A DNA stretch of 64,000 nt from Thermoplasmata archaeon. Its GTDB lineage: Archaea; Thermoplasmatota; Thermoplasmata; GCA-020350865. The stretch covers positions 4,685,060 to 4,749,059 of the forward strand of contig CP070751.1 in assembly GCA_020348445.1 (NCBI GenBank), given 5' to 3'. The notes below the pieces were generated by a model. That model searched no databases. It was given only the letters and a program-made list of their open reading frames with translations, and was not told the origin of the DNA. Of the stretch, positions 1 to 9,990 are shown piece by piece. How positions within the stretch are numbered: position 1 is the first letter of the stretch; the number at the start of each line of letters is the position of its first letter. The position numbers and the translations under genes were made by a program.

Positions 1-2130
1 GATGAAGACCTTCCGCAGGATTTGGATTGGATTATTACAGATTTTAATAGCTCCTTATATTCTATTGGTGGCCAGGGAACAAATACATTGGTTATTATTC
101 CAAAACCAAACATGTTCGGAAACGATAACGTAACTTTGTGGGTTTCGGATTCTCAGGGTCTTTCTGACTCCCAGCCCCTATGGATCAATATAACGCCTGT
201 TAATGATAAACCGTATTTCTTTCCAGAGCCTCCGGATTTGACAATAACAAAAGATATACCGTACACATTCAACTATGCTCCTTATATTCACGATATCGAC
301 AACACCATAGATGAGCTTACTATTACAACCGATGATCCGGGTCGTGCAACCCCAGGAAGTCCCATAATCACATATTTGTACCCATCCTCCATGGTTGGCC
401 AGCAGGTCTTTGTAACCTTGACTGTAAGTGATGGACTCGATAGTTCCTCTGTTGTAATCCGGATAAATGTGACCGAGGACAATGTACCTGTTTTAAAGAG
501 TGAGCTACCAGATATTATCATGTATGAGGACGAGACCAAATTATGTGTGTTCGATCTCGATGAATACTTCTACGATCCTGATGGAGATGCCGTTTATTAC
601 TCCTATGGGTACTCCCATATCAAAATAATAATCAACGACAACAACAGTGTCGATTTTATTTCAGAAACTGATTGGTATGGCCAGGAGACCGTCATATTCC
701 GTGCTCGAGACCCGAACTTTGCCATTGTCGAGGATTCGATATTGGTCACGGTTTTCCCAGTAAATGATCCGCCAATTATCTCGGGCGTGCCAGATCTGGT
801 CGTACACTACGATGCAGATTATTTCTTTGATCTCTCACCTTATATAACTGATGCAGACAACATCAACTCTGACCTCAGCTTAACATTCTTGGAATACTCA
901 AGTGGGACCTGGAATTTATCAGAAAACATCAGTGTCTCTTTGGATAATAATCTGAAGATGATGGTCAACTACTCCATTGATTATCTGGGTAATAAAATCC
1001 AGGTTCAAATCGAAGTTTTTGACGGAACTGATTCAGCTTGGGAGACGATAAATATAACGGTTTCCGAAGACTGGCCTCCTGAATTGCACACAAATATCCC
1101 TGATATTATATTTGATGAAGATGAATACCTATCTGATCATATCAATGTCAACAACTATTTCATTGATAGAGACGGCGATGCCCTGTTCTTTACATACGGG
1201 CAGGAACATGTACAGATAATAATATATGAAAGCGGCAGTGTGGATTTCTTTGCTGATGAGAATTGGTTTGGCATGGAAAACATCACCATAAGGGCAACCG
1301 ATCCCTCCGGTGCCTTGGTGGAGGATATAATAATTGTCACGGTGCTTCCAGTAAACGATGCACCAGTTATAGAAAACATACCACATCAGGAAGGGATTGT
1401 GGGCACAACATGGGTCTTGGATCTAAGGCCATATCTTGATGATGTTGACAACAACATCACAGAGTTGGAGATATTCTGCGATTCTCCATATGTAACTGTT
1501 GTGGGAACGGTCTTGGTATTCCAATACCCGTCCGATGTGACGGAGGACATAGTTCAAATAATAGTAAGGGACCCTGATTCTGCCAATGCAACCACTGCGT
1601 TCAACGTTACACTTACCAAGTTAACGGCCCCTGGAAAGGATGAGTTTGATATCATGCCTTTTATTTGGACAATAATACTGATTATAATCGTTATAATCAT
1701 GGTAATTATTCTTTATATTTATCAAAAGGGAAAGTACGAGGTGGAAGAGGTCCTTTTAGTCTTTGGTCAAAGCGGTCTTTTGATATCTCACAAGTATAAG
1801 GGTGAAGAAGCAGATATAGACAGGGATCTTATGGCCAGCCTGTTTACCGCCATCCAGGACTTTGTAAATGATGTATTTGAATCCGGGGATTCCAAGGGAA
1901 CAAGGCTTAATGTCATGGAAATAGGGGATAGAAAGGTCATGATCGAGCGGGGCAAGTATACATACCTTGCGGCAGTGTTTAAAGGTGGAACATGGAGGCT
2001 TGAAACCAAATTGAAGGCGACTGTGGAGGATTTAGAAACCGAATACAGTGATGTATTCCAAGAATGGGAGGGGGATATGGAGGACTTCAAGGGAATAGAG
2101 GAGTATCTCGATGGGCTTGTAACAACATGA
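1..2130 (+). CDS. 5'-truncated cell-surface protein: tandem cadherin/Ig-like repeats, one TM helix, cytoplasmic longin/roadblock-like domain
   Basis: Frame 1 is open from base 1 (DEDLPQDLDW...). It has repeated PVND(A/P)P ... D.D motifs typical of cadherin-like domains, a hydrophobic stretch IMPFIWTIILIIIVIIMVIILYIY, then a ~130-aa tail (EEVLLVFGQSGLLISH...MASLFTAIQDFVNDVF...KVMIERGKYTYLAAVF). Confidence 0.8.
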   Translation, partial: DEDLPQDLDWIITDFNSSLYSIGGQGTNTLVIIPKPNMFGNDNVTLWVSDSQGLSDSQPLWINITPVNDKPYFFPEPPDLTITKDIPYTFNYAPYIHDIDNTIDELTITTDDPGRATPGSPIITYLYPSSMVGQQVFVTLTVSDGLDSSSVVIRINVTEDNVPVLKSELPDIIMYEDETKLCVFDLDEYFYDPDGDAVYYSYGYSHIKIIINDNNSVDFISETDWYGQETVIFRARDPNFAIVEDSILVTVFPVNDPPIISGVPDLVVHYDADYFFDLSPYITDADNINSDLSLTFLEYSSGTWNLSENISVSLDNNLKMMVNYSIDYLGNKIQVQIEVFDGTDSAWETINITVSEDWPPELHTNIPDIIFDEDEYLSDHINVNNYFIDRDGDALFFTYGQEHVQIIIYESGSVDFFADENWFGMENITIRATDPSGALVEDIIIVTVLPVNDAPVIENIPHQEGIVGTTWVLDLRPYLDDVDNNITELEIFCDSPYVTVVGTVLVFQYPSDVTEDIVQIIVRDPDSANATTAFNVTLTKLTAPGKDEFDIMPFIWTIILIIIVIIMVIILYIYQKGKYEVEEVLLVFGQSGLLISHKYKGEEADIDRDLMASLFTAIQDFVNDVFESGDSKGTRLNVMEIGDRKVMIERGKYTYLAAVFKGGTWRLETKLKATVEDLETEYSDVFQEWEGDMEDFKGIEEYLDGLVTT

Positions 2131-2226
2131 CAACCTATGGTGATTTTCTGGAGTTGTTACTTTTTTTCCTTTAAAATTCCCAAAATTAAGCTGTAAAATC
2201 GAAAGGAGGTAATTCCAATCCGATTC

Positions 2227-3168
2227 TTAATATTCATCCACTGGGGTCATTTGAAATTTTCCTTCCTTTACACCGTATAATCTTTGTATCTTTTTTATTG
2301 AGTGCTTTTGCTTTAGATCCTTTACCATCAAAGTTGCATAAGAACCTAGGGGCTTAAAACCAATTTGCCCAAGCATATTGATTTGATGAATTCCAGCTGT
2401 CCATTCAGATAACATGTATTTTGGCTTGAGTTTAAGTTCCAGGGCCCTAATGCATCTGCTGATATCCTTCTTATTTGGGCAGCAAAGCTCTCTGATTTTT
2501 AGGATATCTTTCTCCTTACCAACCAAAGCATACCCAATTGAAGATTTCTTATCTTTAAAAACATGAACCTTACTTTGGGGCATCCAGGTCCAGGCGTTCC
2601 TCACTTGTAAGAAATTTTCGGGTCTATGGACAAAACCGTAAAGCCCTTTTGAATATTTGGTAAATATCTCGACCAATTCATTGTTTTTTATCTTGGAGGA
2701 AAGGGTGATCTTGGAATTGGACTTTGAAAGGGATTTGCATTCCCTCAATCCCCAATATGAACTTGCGAAATCTTTGTAGCCAAGTTCATTATACAAGTTA
2801 TAAGCAACTAGAGATTTTCCTGTTACCAAGAATGAATATCTTATGTTTTCACCGCTGAGTCTATCATGAGCCTCTTTCATCAATTTCATTGCCAATCCTG
2901 ATCTTGCTGCATCAGGTCTAGTACACACTCCCCAGATAAAACCAACTTTTTCTTTCCCAGATGTACATTCCGTATCTACTGTGACTATACCTACTTGACT
3001 TAAAACCTCATTTCTTTCAACGGCATAAAATGCAAAATATTCTGGAACACGCTTATCCACTTTCCGAATATTTTTCACCTCGTTTGGACTAAGAAACCAC
3101 CCAAAACATCTCACGTTTAATTCTAGGACCTGATCCCCGCCCACTTCATCATATTCAAGAATTTTCAT
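2227..3168 (-). CDS. GNAT family N-acetyltransferase (Eis-like length)
   Basis: IWGVCTRPDAARSGLAMKLM matches GNAT acetyl-CoA motif A, followed by AYNLYNELGY. ATG at 3168 chosen; the ORF track starts at TTG 3183. Confidence 0.85.
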   Translation of the reverse strand: MKILEYDEVGGDQVLELNVRCFGWFLSPNEVKNIRKVDKRVPEYFAFYAVERNEVLSQVGIVTVDTECTSGKEKVGFIWGVCTRPDAARSGLAMKLMKEAHDRLSGENIRYSFLVTGKSLVAYNLYNELGYKDFASSYWGLRECKSLSKSNSKITLSSKIKNNELVEIFTKYSKGLYGFVHRPENFLQVRNAWTWMPQSKVHVFKDKKSSIGYALVGKEKDILKIRELCCPNKKDISRCIRALELKLKPKYMLSEWTAGIHQINMLGQIGFKPLGSYATLMVKDLKQKHSIKKIQRLYGVKEGKFQMTPVDEY

Positions 3169-3206
3169 GAAATCAACAACCAAATAAAATTGATATACCC
3201 CCGATC

Positions 3207-3482
3207 TTAATATCTGACCTCAAATTTGGTAAATTCCCCTGTAAACTCCTCCCACTTCACATCTGCTCTATTTACTTTGGCATAAGGCTGCTGTGTTTTA
3301 CACCATTTAATCAGTTTCTCAATATCCTCTTTCTCACCCTCAAAAACCGCACCAACGCTACCATCCCACATGTTCTTTACCCAGCCGAAGACTCTAAAAC
3401 GCTCAGCTGCATCCCTTGTATTGGCCCTGAAGAATACACCCTGGACCTTCCCCTTGAAGGTTACAGACGCTCTCGCTTTCAT
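3207..3482 (-). CDS. acyP: Acylphosphatase
   Basis: GKVQGVFFR and GWVKN..DGSV.AVFEG signature, ~91 aa. Start trimmed to ATG 3482. Confidence 0.93.
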   Translation of the reverse strand: MKARASVTFKGKVQGVFFRANTRDAAERFRVFGWVKNMWDGSVGAVFEGEKEDIEKLIKWCKTQQPYAKVNRADVKWEEFTGEFTKFEVRY

Positions 3483-3650
3483 GCAATTGGAATATCTTAT
3501 TAAAATTAAAAGATTTTTGGTTAAGGTGATAACAAATGAATTATCTTCCTGAGTCGGCATGATGTCAACTCATAATGGAGTTGTGGATAGGATTAACAGA
3601 ACAAAATCCTATAAACGTTTATGCTTATACTGGTTGCGAGAATGATTATT

Positions 3651-4340
3651 ATGATGAATTTACACAACCATACAACTTTCTCGGATGGCAGGTTCTCCCC
3701 CAGAGAAATAATCGAGGCAGGTATTGAGGCTGACTTTGCACATATCGCAATTACAGATCATTATATGACCAATAAAGTGGATTCCATACCCTATGATGGC
3801 CTCATGAATTACATACAAGATATCCGGGTATTGAAAGAGGAATTTCAGGACAAAATCATTGTTTTATGCGGTGTGGAGATAGATGCGTGCAAAAAGCGCA
3901 CTGACTTTGCAAAGATGCCGTACGAGGATCTCAATAAACTCGACCTTGTACTTTTCGAATATGTTCAAAATGATATCTGGAACGGAATGCCATTATGGGA
4001 ACTTTTAGGAATTAGGGAAAATATCAAACCACCGGTTGGTCTTGCACATAATGATATTGGTAAAAATTTCTCGCATAGCAAATATGATGAGTTGATAGCT
4101 GTTTTAGAAGCAAACAACATTTTTATTGAGCTTTGCCCAAGCTTGAGGAACTCGAAACTCAACACCCCATTTTATCATTTTGCAGAGGGCTTCTTCGCCA
4201 GTTTAAGGGATACAAAGGTGCTCATATCCATTGGCACCGATACACATACAAACCTAAAAAATGTGGGTAATATCGGCGACGCCATGGATTTTATAGAAAG
4301 ATATGGACTTCAGGATAATCTGATAACAAAGATTTTTTAG
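3651..4340 (+). CDS. PHP-domain phosphoesterase (histidinol phosphatase-like family)
   Basis: HNHTTFSDG, ITDH, GVE, AH and GTDTH metal-binding motifs. Start could be 3642, 3651 or 3654. Confidence 0.85.
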   Translation: MMNLHNHTTFSDGRFSPREIIEAGIEADFAHIAITDHYMTNKVDSIPYDGLMNYIQDIRVLKEEFQDKIIVLCGVEIDACKKRTDFAKMPYEDLNKLDLVLFEYVQNDIWNGMPLWELLGIRENIKPPVGLAHNDIGKNFSHSKYDELIAVLEANNIFIELCPSLRNSKLNTPFYHFAEGFFASLRDTKVLISIGTDTHTNLKNVGNIGDAMDFIERYGLQDNLITKIF

Positions 4341-4957
4341 CGAGCCTTGCCCAACAATTTCCAGGTCCGAACTCCTCTTTGCACTGCTGTTATATGACCC
4401 GCGATGGCGAACCAGATCATTGCGTATTCCATTGGTGTAAAGAGCCATATTTTCCCGTTTAAAGTTATATAGGCCAGTAACTGGATCAATGGAACAATAA
4501 TGAGAACAACAAGCCTGTCCGCCCGTCCTAGTATTCCCCCGTAGTCCCTACCACAACCCAGTGCCTGAGCCTGGGTTCCCATGTAACTTGCTAAAATCAC
4601 GCCAAGCATCGCCAAAAGCCCAATGAACCAGTCACAATGGACTGAAAGCATTATTCCCCCTATTATGATAACATCAGCATACCTATCGAGGGTGTGATCC
4701 AAAAAATCTCCTCTTTTGGAGGTCTTATTCGTGAGTTTGGCGACCTTACCATCCAAGGCATCGAAAAGCGCATTGAATATTATACATAAAACCGCCAATA
4801 GTAACAACCAGATATAACTTAAATAGAAGATTATCCCGGCAAGAACCGCAAAAATGAATGCCACCCAGGTAATTGTATTGGGATTTACTCTTCTAAGCCG
4901 CTTGGCCAAGGGCAACAGGAAGGGATCCGCACTTGATCTATAATTGTTTAGAACCAT
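4337..4957 (-). CDS. CDP-alcohol phosphatidyltransferase (archaetidylinositol-phosphate synthase-like)
   Basis: DALDGKVAK...G.FLDHTLDRYAD signature with several TM helices. Confidence 0.92.
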   Translation of the reverse strand: MVLNNYRSSADPFLLPLAKRLRRVNPNTITWVAFIFAVLAGIIFYLSYIWLLLLAVLCIIFNALFDALDGKVAKLTNKTSKRGDFLDHTLDRYADVIIIGGIMLSVHCDWFIGLLAMLGVILASYMGTQAQALGCGRDYGGILGRADRLVVLIIVPLIQLLAYITLNGKIWLFTPMEYAMIWFAIAGHITAVQRGVRTWKLLGKAR

Positions 4958-5075
4958 TAAACAGACCTTCTGATTGAAATTCGGATGTAGTTATTGATTA
5001 TTCGTATTTTAAGATATTGCCAATATAAACCAACAACCTTTTTAAACCGATTACCCATTTGGGTTGGGGGATTGT

Positions 5076-6188
5076 ATGACAAAGGTTACAATAAGTATCA
5101 TAAAGGCAGATGTAGGAGGCTGGCCTGGCCACGCAACCGTACATCCGAGACTCATGGAAATCGCAAGGGATATGCTGTCTAAGGCTGTTGAAGGGGCAAT
5201 CATTTCGGACTTTCATGTTACGCACTGCGGGGACGACCTGGAGCTTATAATGAGCCATACAAAAGGGGATAACAACAAACATGTGCATGAGACGGCATGG
5301 AACATTTTCACAACGACCACGAAAGAGGCCAAGGCCCTGAAACTCTACGGGGCTGGACAGGACATGCTGTCCGATGCCTTCTCAGGTAATGTTCGAGGTA
5401 TGGGACCAGGCATTGCCGAGATGACTTTTACTGAAAGGAAGGCCGAGCCTGTTGTGGCTTATATGATGGATAAAACCGAACCTGGGGCATTTAATCTTCC
5501 CATTTTCAGGATGTTTGCTGATCCATTCAATACAGCGGGTCTTATCATAGATCCTAACCTGCACCCAGGTTTTATGTTCGAGATATGGGACATTATGGAG
5601 AGTAAAAAGGTCATGATGTCCTCACCAGAAGAGATGTACGATATTCTGGCCTTAATCGGGGCTAAGGGAAGATATGTTATAAAAAGGGTCTATCCCAAAG
5701 AGGGAGGGAAATTGCCGGCAAACGAGCCTGTGGCCGTGATATCCACTGAAAAGCTCTACAAGATAGCAGGCGAGTATGTTGGAAAGGACGACCCAGTTGC
5801 GGCGGTAAGGGCCCAATCAGGTTTACCTGCCCTTGGTGAGGTTCTGGAGCCCTTTGCATTTCCGCATCTTGTATCAGGATGGATGAGGGGCTCACATAAC
5901 GGGCCATTAATGCCAGTGAGTGTGAAGAATGCCACATGTACAAGATTCGACGGCCCTCCAAGGGTCGTGGGTCTGGGATTTCAGGTTTCGGATGGGAAGC
6001 TGGTGGGTCCAGTTGATCTGTTCGACGACCCAGGCTTTGATTACACAAGGGAAAGGGCACAGCGAGTTGCCGAGTACATGCGAAGGCACGGACCCTTCGA
6101 ACCGCACAGGTTACCTCTTGAAGACATGGAGTACACCACCTTGCCCAATGTGATGAAGAAGCTGAAAGACAGGTTCGCGAAGGTTTAG
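5076..6188 (+). CDS. fbp: Bifunctional fructose-1,6-bisphosphate aldolase/phosphatase (class V FBPase)
   Basis: ISIIKADVGG, HCGDDLELIM, MDKTEPGAFN, ADPFNTAGL, YVGKDDPV, GWMRGSHNGP motifs. Confidence 0.97.
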   Translation: MTKVTISIIKADVGGWPGHATVHPRLMEIARDMLSKAVEGAIISDFHVTHCGDDLELIMSHTKGDNNKHVHETAWNIFTTTTKEAKALKLYGAGQDMLSDAFSGNVRGMGPGIAEMTFTERKAEPVVAYMMDKTEPGAFNLPIFRMFADPFNTAGLIIDPNLHPGFMFEIWDIMESKKVMMSSPEEMYDILALIGAKGRYVIKRVYPKEGGKLPANEPVAVISTEKLYKIAGEYVGKDDPVAAVRAQSGLPALGEVLEPFAFPHLVSGWMRGSHNGPLMPVSVKNATCTRFDGPPRVVGLGFQVSDGKLVGPVDLFDDPGFDYTRERAQRVAEYMRRHGPFEPHRLPLEDMEYTTLPNVMKKLKDRFAKV

Positions 6189-6283
6189 TAGAAACATAAG
6201 TCATTGATCTTTACTCATTGTTGATTTAAATAACCACCGAGAATGGATTTAGATAGACATTGAAAAAGATAGGATGGGATAAA

Positions 6284-7087
6284 ATGGCCAGCTCGATAGC
6301 CGCCTTAAGGGGCGTTATTACATTCGCTGTTGTCCTGGTTATCTTACTAATTATTGCTGTAATCATCACTGCAATTTTATCCAGAAAAGGTAAGAAATAC
6401 CTTGGCAGAATAATAACAGGCTGTTTGCTCATTATTTTTTCTTTATCACTTATTATAGGATTTTGGAGTTTTATGGGTATTATGGGACCTGCACAGAGCG
6501 CAGAAGATGTTGCTTCCCAAGAGCAAGAGGGTAATTTTAAGGACCACGATGAAGGTGATATCGTTACCATAAGGGATACAATATCCAGAATTGATACTAA
6601 ACCCATCTCCAATAAGACATACGTTATAATCTGGTTTGACAGTTCTGGCAGTGGGGATGATGACTTCAACGTTACTTTTAGGGATGATATACGGGGTGAT
6701 TACAATGAAAAAGATGTTGTGGTCGTTTTCCTCGAGGTGGTTTATATAAACGCCACTAGCGATATCGAGATACTGAGATACCATGCCCCCGGTAAGGAAT
6801 TGGGTGCAAGATCTTTTCAGATTTACCCTTCGCTTTTTGCTGATATCTGGTTTTGGCTCCTTCTTCTCATCGGGATAGTTGAGCTTGTCCTTGGAATCCT
6901 TGGATGGAGAAAGAAGAAACCAGAGGGGGAATCTGAAGAAGAATCCTCCGAAACAAAAGGAACTGCAAAGAAAGGGAAAGATGAGCTTCCAGATGAAAAT
7001 GCCTTACTCGTAGATTCGCAGGATTCGGGTTCCCAAAAAGAGCCATTGATTACAGATAAAGAAGGATTGCCTGATGATGAAACTTAA
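6284..7087 (+). CDS. Hypothetical membrane protein (about 3 TM helices, extracellular OB-like segment, acidic tail)
   Basis: Long ORF with two N-terminal and one late hydrophobic segment. No family recognised. Start may be TTG 6260. Confidence 0.7.
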   Translation: MASSIAALRGVITFAVVLVILLIIAVIITAILSRKGKKYLGRIITGCLLIIFSLSLIIGFWSFMGIMGPAQSAEDVASQEQEGNFKDHDEGDIVTIRDTISRIDTKPISNKTYVIIWFDSSGSGDDDFNVTFRDDIRGDYNEKDVVVVFLEVVYINATSDIEILRYHAPGKELGARSFQIYPSLFADIWFWLLLLIGIVELVLGILGWRKKKPEGESEEESSETKGTAKKGKDELPDENALLVDSQDSGSQKEPLITDKEGLPDDET

Positions 7088-7124
7088 AAGAAGCGATAAA
7101 CCGCAAAGAAAGCCGCTTTTATCA

Positions 7125-8294
7125 TCAATTTTCTGAAGGTTTCACGATTCTCTTTTCTCTTTTGAAGACCAGATATTTGCTACCAAAGAAGTTCACTAGC
7201 ATCACGATTATGATGGCGATGAGCAGAACGAATCTTTCAATGGATAAAAGGGATACAAACAAGTTCACCAATGGTCCTTTATAAGAGCTCCATGCATCCT
7301 GATATGTCAACATGGTGTCGATAATCAATGTTCTTATCAACCACGCACCTAAAGCAACTGCAACGAACATGAAATACTGCTTTGTAACCTTGCTTTTTCT
7401 GCGTTCCTTATCCTGGAATGTCCACACTTTATTAAGAGCATAATTGAAGGTCACAGCAGCGCCGAATGAGATGGTCTGAGAGTACAGCGTTCCAGTTATT
7501 TGACCATAGGCATTTAGAAAGAAGCTGTAATATACGAGGGAGAACACACCCAAATCCACAAAAATCCCAAGGCCGCCAACAGCGCAGAACTTAAGAAATT
7601 GATAAAAAGAGCTGTCTTTGTGGAAATAAAGGCTCAATGCGTGGGATAGGTAGTTTTTTACAACCTTGGCACCGAGCTTGCTTTCCCCGTAGGCCCTATT
7701 CTTAAAAACGTATGGCTCCTCGACTAAATGCTCATAGTTGCCTTTAACAATTATTTCTAAACCAATTTTATATCCCTTCGGTTTTAGCTCGACACCTTCT
7801 ATTACCTCCCTCTTCAGCATGAAAAAGCCTGACATTGGATCCTTGACCTTCGTAACCGGTCTTGCGATGAGAGACGCGCATTTGGACACTATCTTTCTTT
7901 TCATGGTCCAATTCTCGATTCCCCCACCCGGAACATGTCTTGAGCCTATTACGAGTTCTGCTTCTTCATTCTGTATATGTTTCAGCATTTTGGGGAGAAC
8001 TTCTGGTGGATGACTGAGATCTGCGTCCATCACACACAGCACATCACCTTTTGCACTCTCCATGCCTTTTATTGCAGCTGAGGATAGACCGCGCTCGTTC
8101 TTTCGGACGATGACTTGGATATTATAACTGCTTTTTAGGTCTTCTGCCACTTTCGCTGTACCGTCCGGGGAGTTGTCGTCAACGATTACGAGTTCTCCTT
8201 CTATCTTATTTTCATCCAGCACCTTGAATATTCTTTTGACTAGCTGGGGGATATTTTCCTTTTCATTGTATGTTGGCACTATGATAGAAAGCAT
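7125..8294 (-). CDS. GT2 polyprenol-phosphate mannose/hexose synthase fused to a GtrA-like membrane domain
   Basis: LSIIVPTYNE, VDDNSPDGT, MDADLSHPPE, GSR, DPMSGFF; C-terminal FLKFCAVGGLG..VD and NYALNK.WTF are GtrA-like. Start trimmed to ATG 8294. Confidence 0.92.
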   Translation of the reverse strand: MLSIIVPTYNEKENIPQLVKRIFKVLDENKIEGELVIVDDNSPDGTAKVAEDLKSSYNIQVIVRKNERGLSSAAIKGMESAKGDVLCVMDADLSHPPEVLPKMLKHIQNEEAELVIGSRHVPGGGIENWTMKRKIVSKCASLIARPVTKVKDPMSGFFMLKREVIEGVELKPKGYKIGLEIIVKGNYEHLVEEPYVFKNRAYGESKLGAKVVKNYLSHALSLYFHKDSSFYQFLKFCAVGGLGIFVDLGVFSLVYYSFFLNAYGQITGTLYSQTISFGAAVTFNYALNKVWTFQDKERRKSKVTKQYFMFVAVALGAWLIRTLIIDTMLTYQDAWSSYKGPLVNLFVSLLSIERFVLLIAIIIVMLVNFFGSKYLVFKREKRIVKPSEN

Positions 8295-8355
8295 TTGTCC
8301 ACACTCGAATGTCCTCTTGCCTCGGCACGGTGTAAGAAACCCTGTGGTATAAAGT

Positions 8356-8475
8356 TTACCTGTTTTGGTTGTTTTTGCATGGCTTCCCTTGCAGGTCGTT
8401 TTTTCCACAAGAAGGACAGAACATTGCCTTCATTGGGAGATTTGTTCCACTATTTGGACAGAAGACACCTTTCAT
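8356..8475 (-). CDS. Putative 39-aa zinc-ribbon microprotein or gene remnant (not in ORF track)
   Basis: Manual translation MKGVFCPNSGTNLPMKAMFCPSCGKNDLQGKPCKNNQNR follows the FCPxCG...FCPxCG pattern with one Cys replaced by Ser. Confidence 0.45.
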   Translation of the reverse strand: MKGVFCPNSGTNLPMKAMFCPSCGKNDLQGKPCKNNQNR

Positions 8476-8647
8476 CTAATCATCCTTCCAATATATTAGG
8501 CCGCCATTTGCCTCCTAAATTCTTGAAACTCGATTCCATTATATCTCAAGGTATATTTGCATTTTCTTTAATCATTAAAAATTTTCACTAGACATTCCAG
8601 TCATCAACCAGAAAATCTTTTATCCCATTATACTTTATACCACCTAT

Positions 8648-9988
8648 ATGGATATAGAAAGAGAGGTTCTTTTAAAGATAGAACCAAAGGAAGATGAGAA
8701 CAAACACATATTAAAAGTTATAGAGAATGTGAAAGTTGAGATTCAAAGAGTAGCAGAATCACTTGGATTAAGTGTTGAGCCTATTTTGGTTGGTTCTGTT
8801 GCGAAGGACACACACTTAACAGACCCAGATATTGACATTTTCGTGATGTTTCCCCCCACAACTAAAAGACAGGATTTAGAGCTGTACGGATTGAAGATAG
8901 GCAACGCTGTTTTGAAGAAATGCGAAAAGAAATATGCCGAACACCCATATGTATATGGCTATTACGATGATCTGAAAGTTGAAATCGTCCCATGTTATAA
9001 AATCGAAGATCCTTTACAGAAAATGAGTGCCGTGGATAGAACTCCCTTTCATACCAACTACATTATTAAAAATCAAAAACCTGAGCAGAAAAATCAAGTT
9101 AGACTCCTTAAGCAGTTCTTAAAGGGCATTGGTATTTACGGGGCTGAGGCCGAAATTGAGGGATTCTCAGGATATCTATGTGAATTGCTCGTGCTGAACT
9201 ATGGTGATTTCAAGAATATTGTTGCTCATGCCAAAGATTGGAAAAAAGGTGTGGTAATCACATTTGTAAATGGAGATTTCAGGGAATTTAACGAGACCTT
9301 GATAGTCGTGGATCCAGTGGATCCCGAAAGGAATGTGGCATCCGCTTTATCTGAGGAGAATTTCGCGACTTTCATCCATGCATGCAGGGAATATTACGCA
9401 AAGCCAAGATTCGAGTTCTTCTTTCCTAATGACATCACTCCTGAGCCCATAAAGATCCTGAAAAACAAAATAGAAAGGAGGGGAACGACTTTACTTTGCA
9501 TAATTTTCGATACCCCACAGACCCTTCCTGATATATTGCATTCACAACTTCGAAAATCCATGCGGGCCATTGCGAACCTCTGCGAAAAATATGATTTCAA
9601 ATTCATAGGTTCAGATTATTTTGTAAATACTGAGGTGATGTTGTTATTTGAGTTCGAAGTATATTCCCTACCCCAAACGAAAGTACATAAAGGACCACCT
9701 GTATGGCATCCAAATGCCTCGGATTTTCTTCAAAAATGGACCTGCTCCTCGAAACTCGTTTCGGGTCCTTACATAAAAAACGGCAGTTGGTATGTGGATA
9801 TAGAAAGGGATTTTAAAAACGCAAGGGAACTTATTGAGGCAAAACTCGGCACTTTAAGCCTTGGCAGACATATAAACGGATCAGTAAAAAAAGGATATAG
9901 AATCCTTAAGGGCATAAAGATCGTTGAGGAACGTTACGCCGGGTGGTTGACCATGTTCCTTAATAAAAAATTTAGATGGGAATACTGA
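8648..9988 (+). CDS. cca: CCA-adding enzyme (archaeal class I)
   Basis: VGSVAKDTHL..PDIDIF, YAEHPY, AVDRTPFH, VRLLKQFLKG.G.YGAE..IEGFSGYLCELL, DPVDP.RNVA. Confidence 0.97.
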   Translation: MDIEREVLLKIEPKEDENKHILKVIENVKVEIQRVAESLGLSVEPILVGSVAKDTHLTDPDIDIFVMFPPTTKRQDLELYGLKIGNAVLKKCEKKYAEHPYVYGYYDDLKVEIVPCYKIEDPLQKMSAVDRTPFHTNYIIKNQKPEQKNQVRLLKQFLKGIGIYGAEAEIEGFSGYLCELLVLNYGDFKNIVAHAKDWKKGVVITFVNGDFREFNETLIVVDPVDPERNVASALSEENFATFIHACREYYAKPRFEFFFPNDITPEPIKILKNKIERRGTTLLCIIFDTPQTLPDILHSQLRKSMRAIANLCEKYDFKFIGSDYFVNTEVMLLFEFEVYSLPQTKVHKGPPVWHPNASDFLQKWTCSSKLVSGPYIKNGSWYVDIERDFKNARELIEAKLGTLSLGRHINGSVKKGYRILKGIKIVEERYAGWLTMFLNKKFRWEY

Positions 9989-9990
9989 AA

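Noticed and set aside
8295-8408. N-terminal extension of the GT2 ORF given by the ORF track
   Set aside because: GT2 homology begins at MLSIIVPTYNE (8294); the extension overlaps the zinc-ribbon micro-ORF in another frame.
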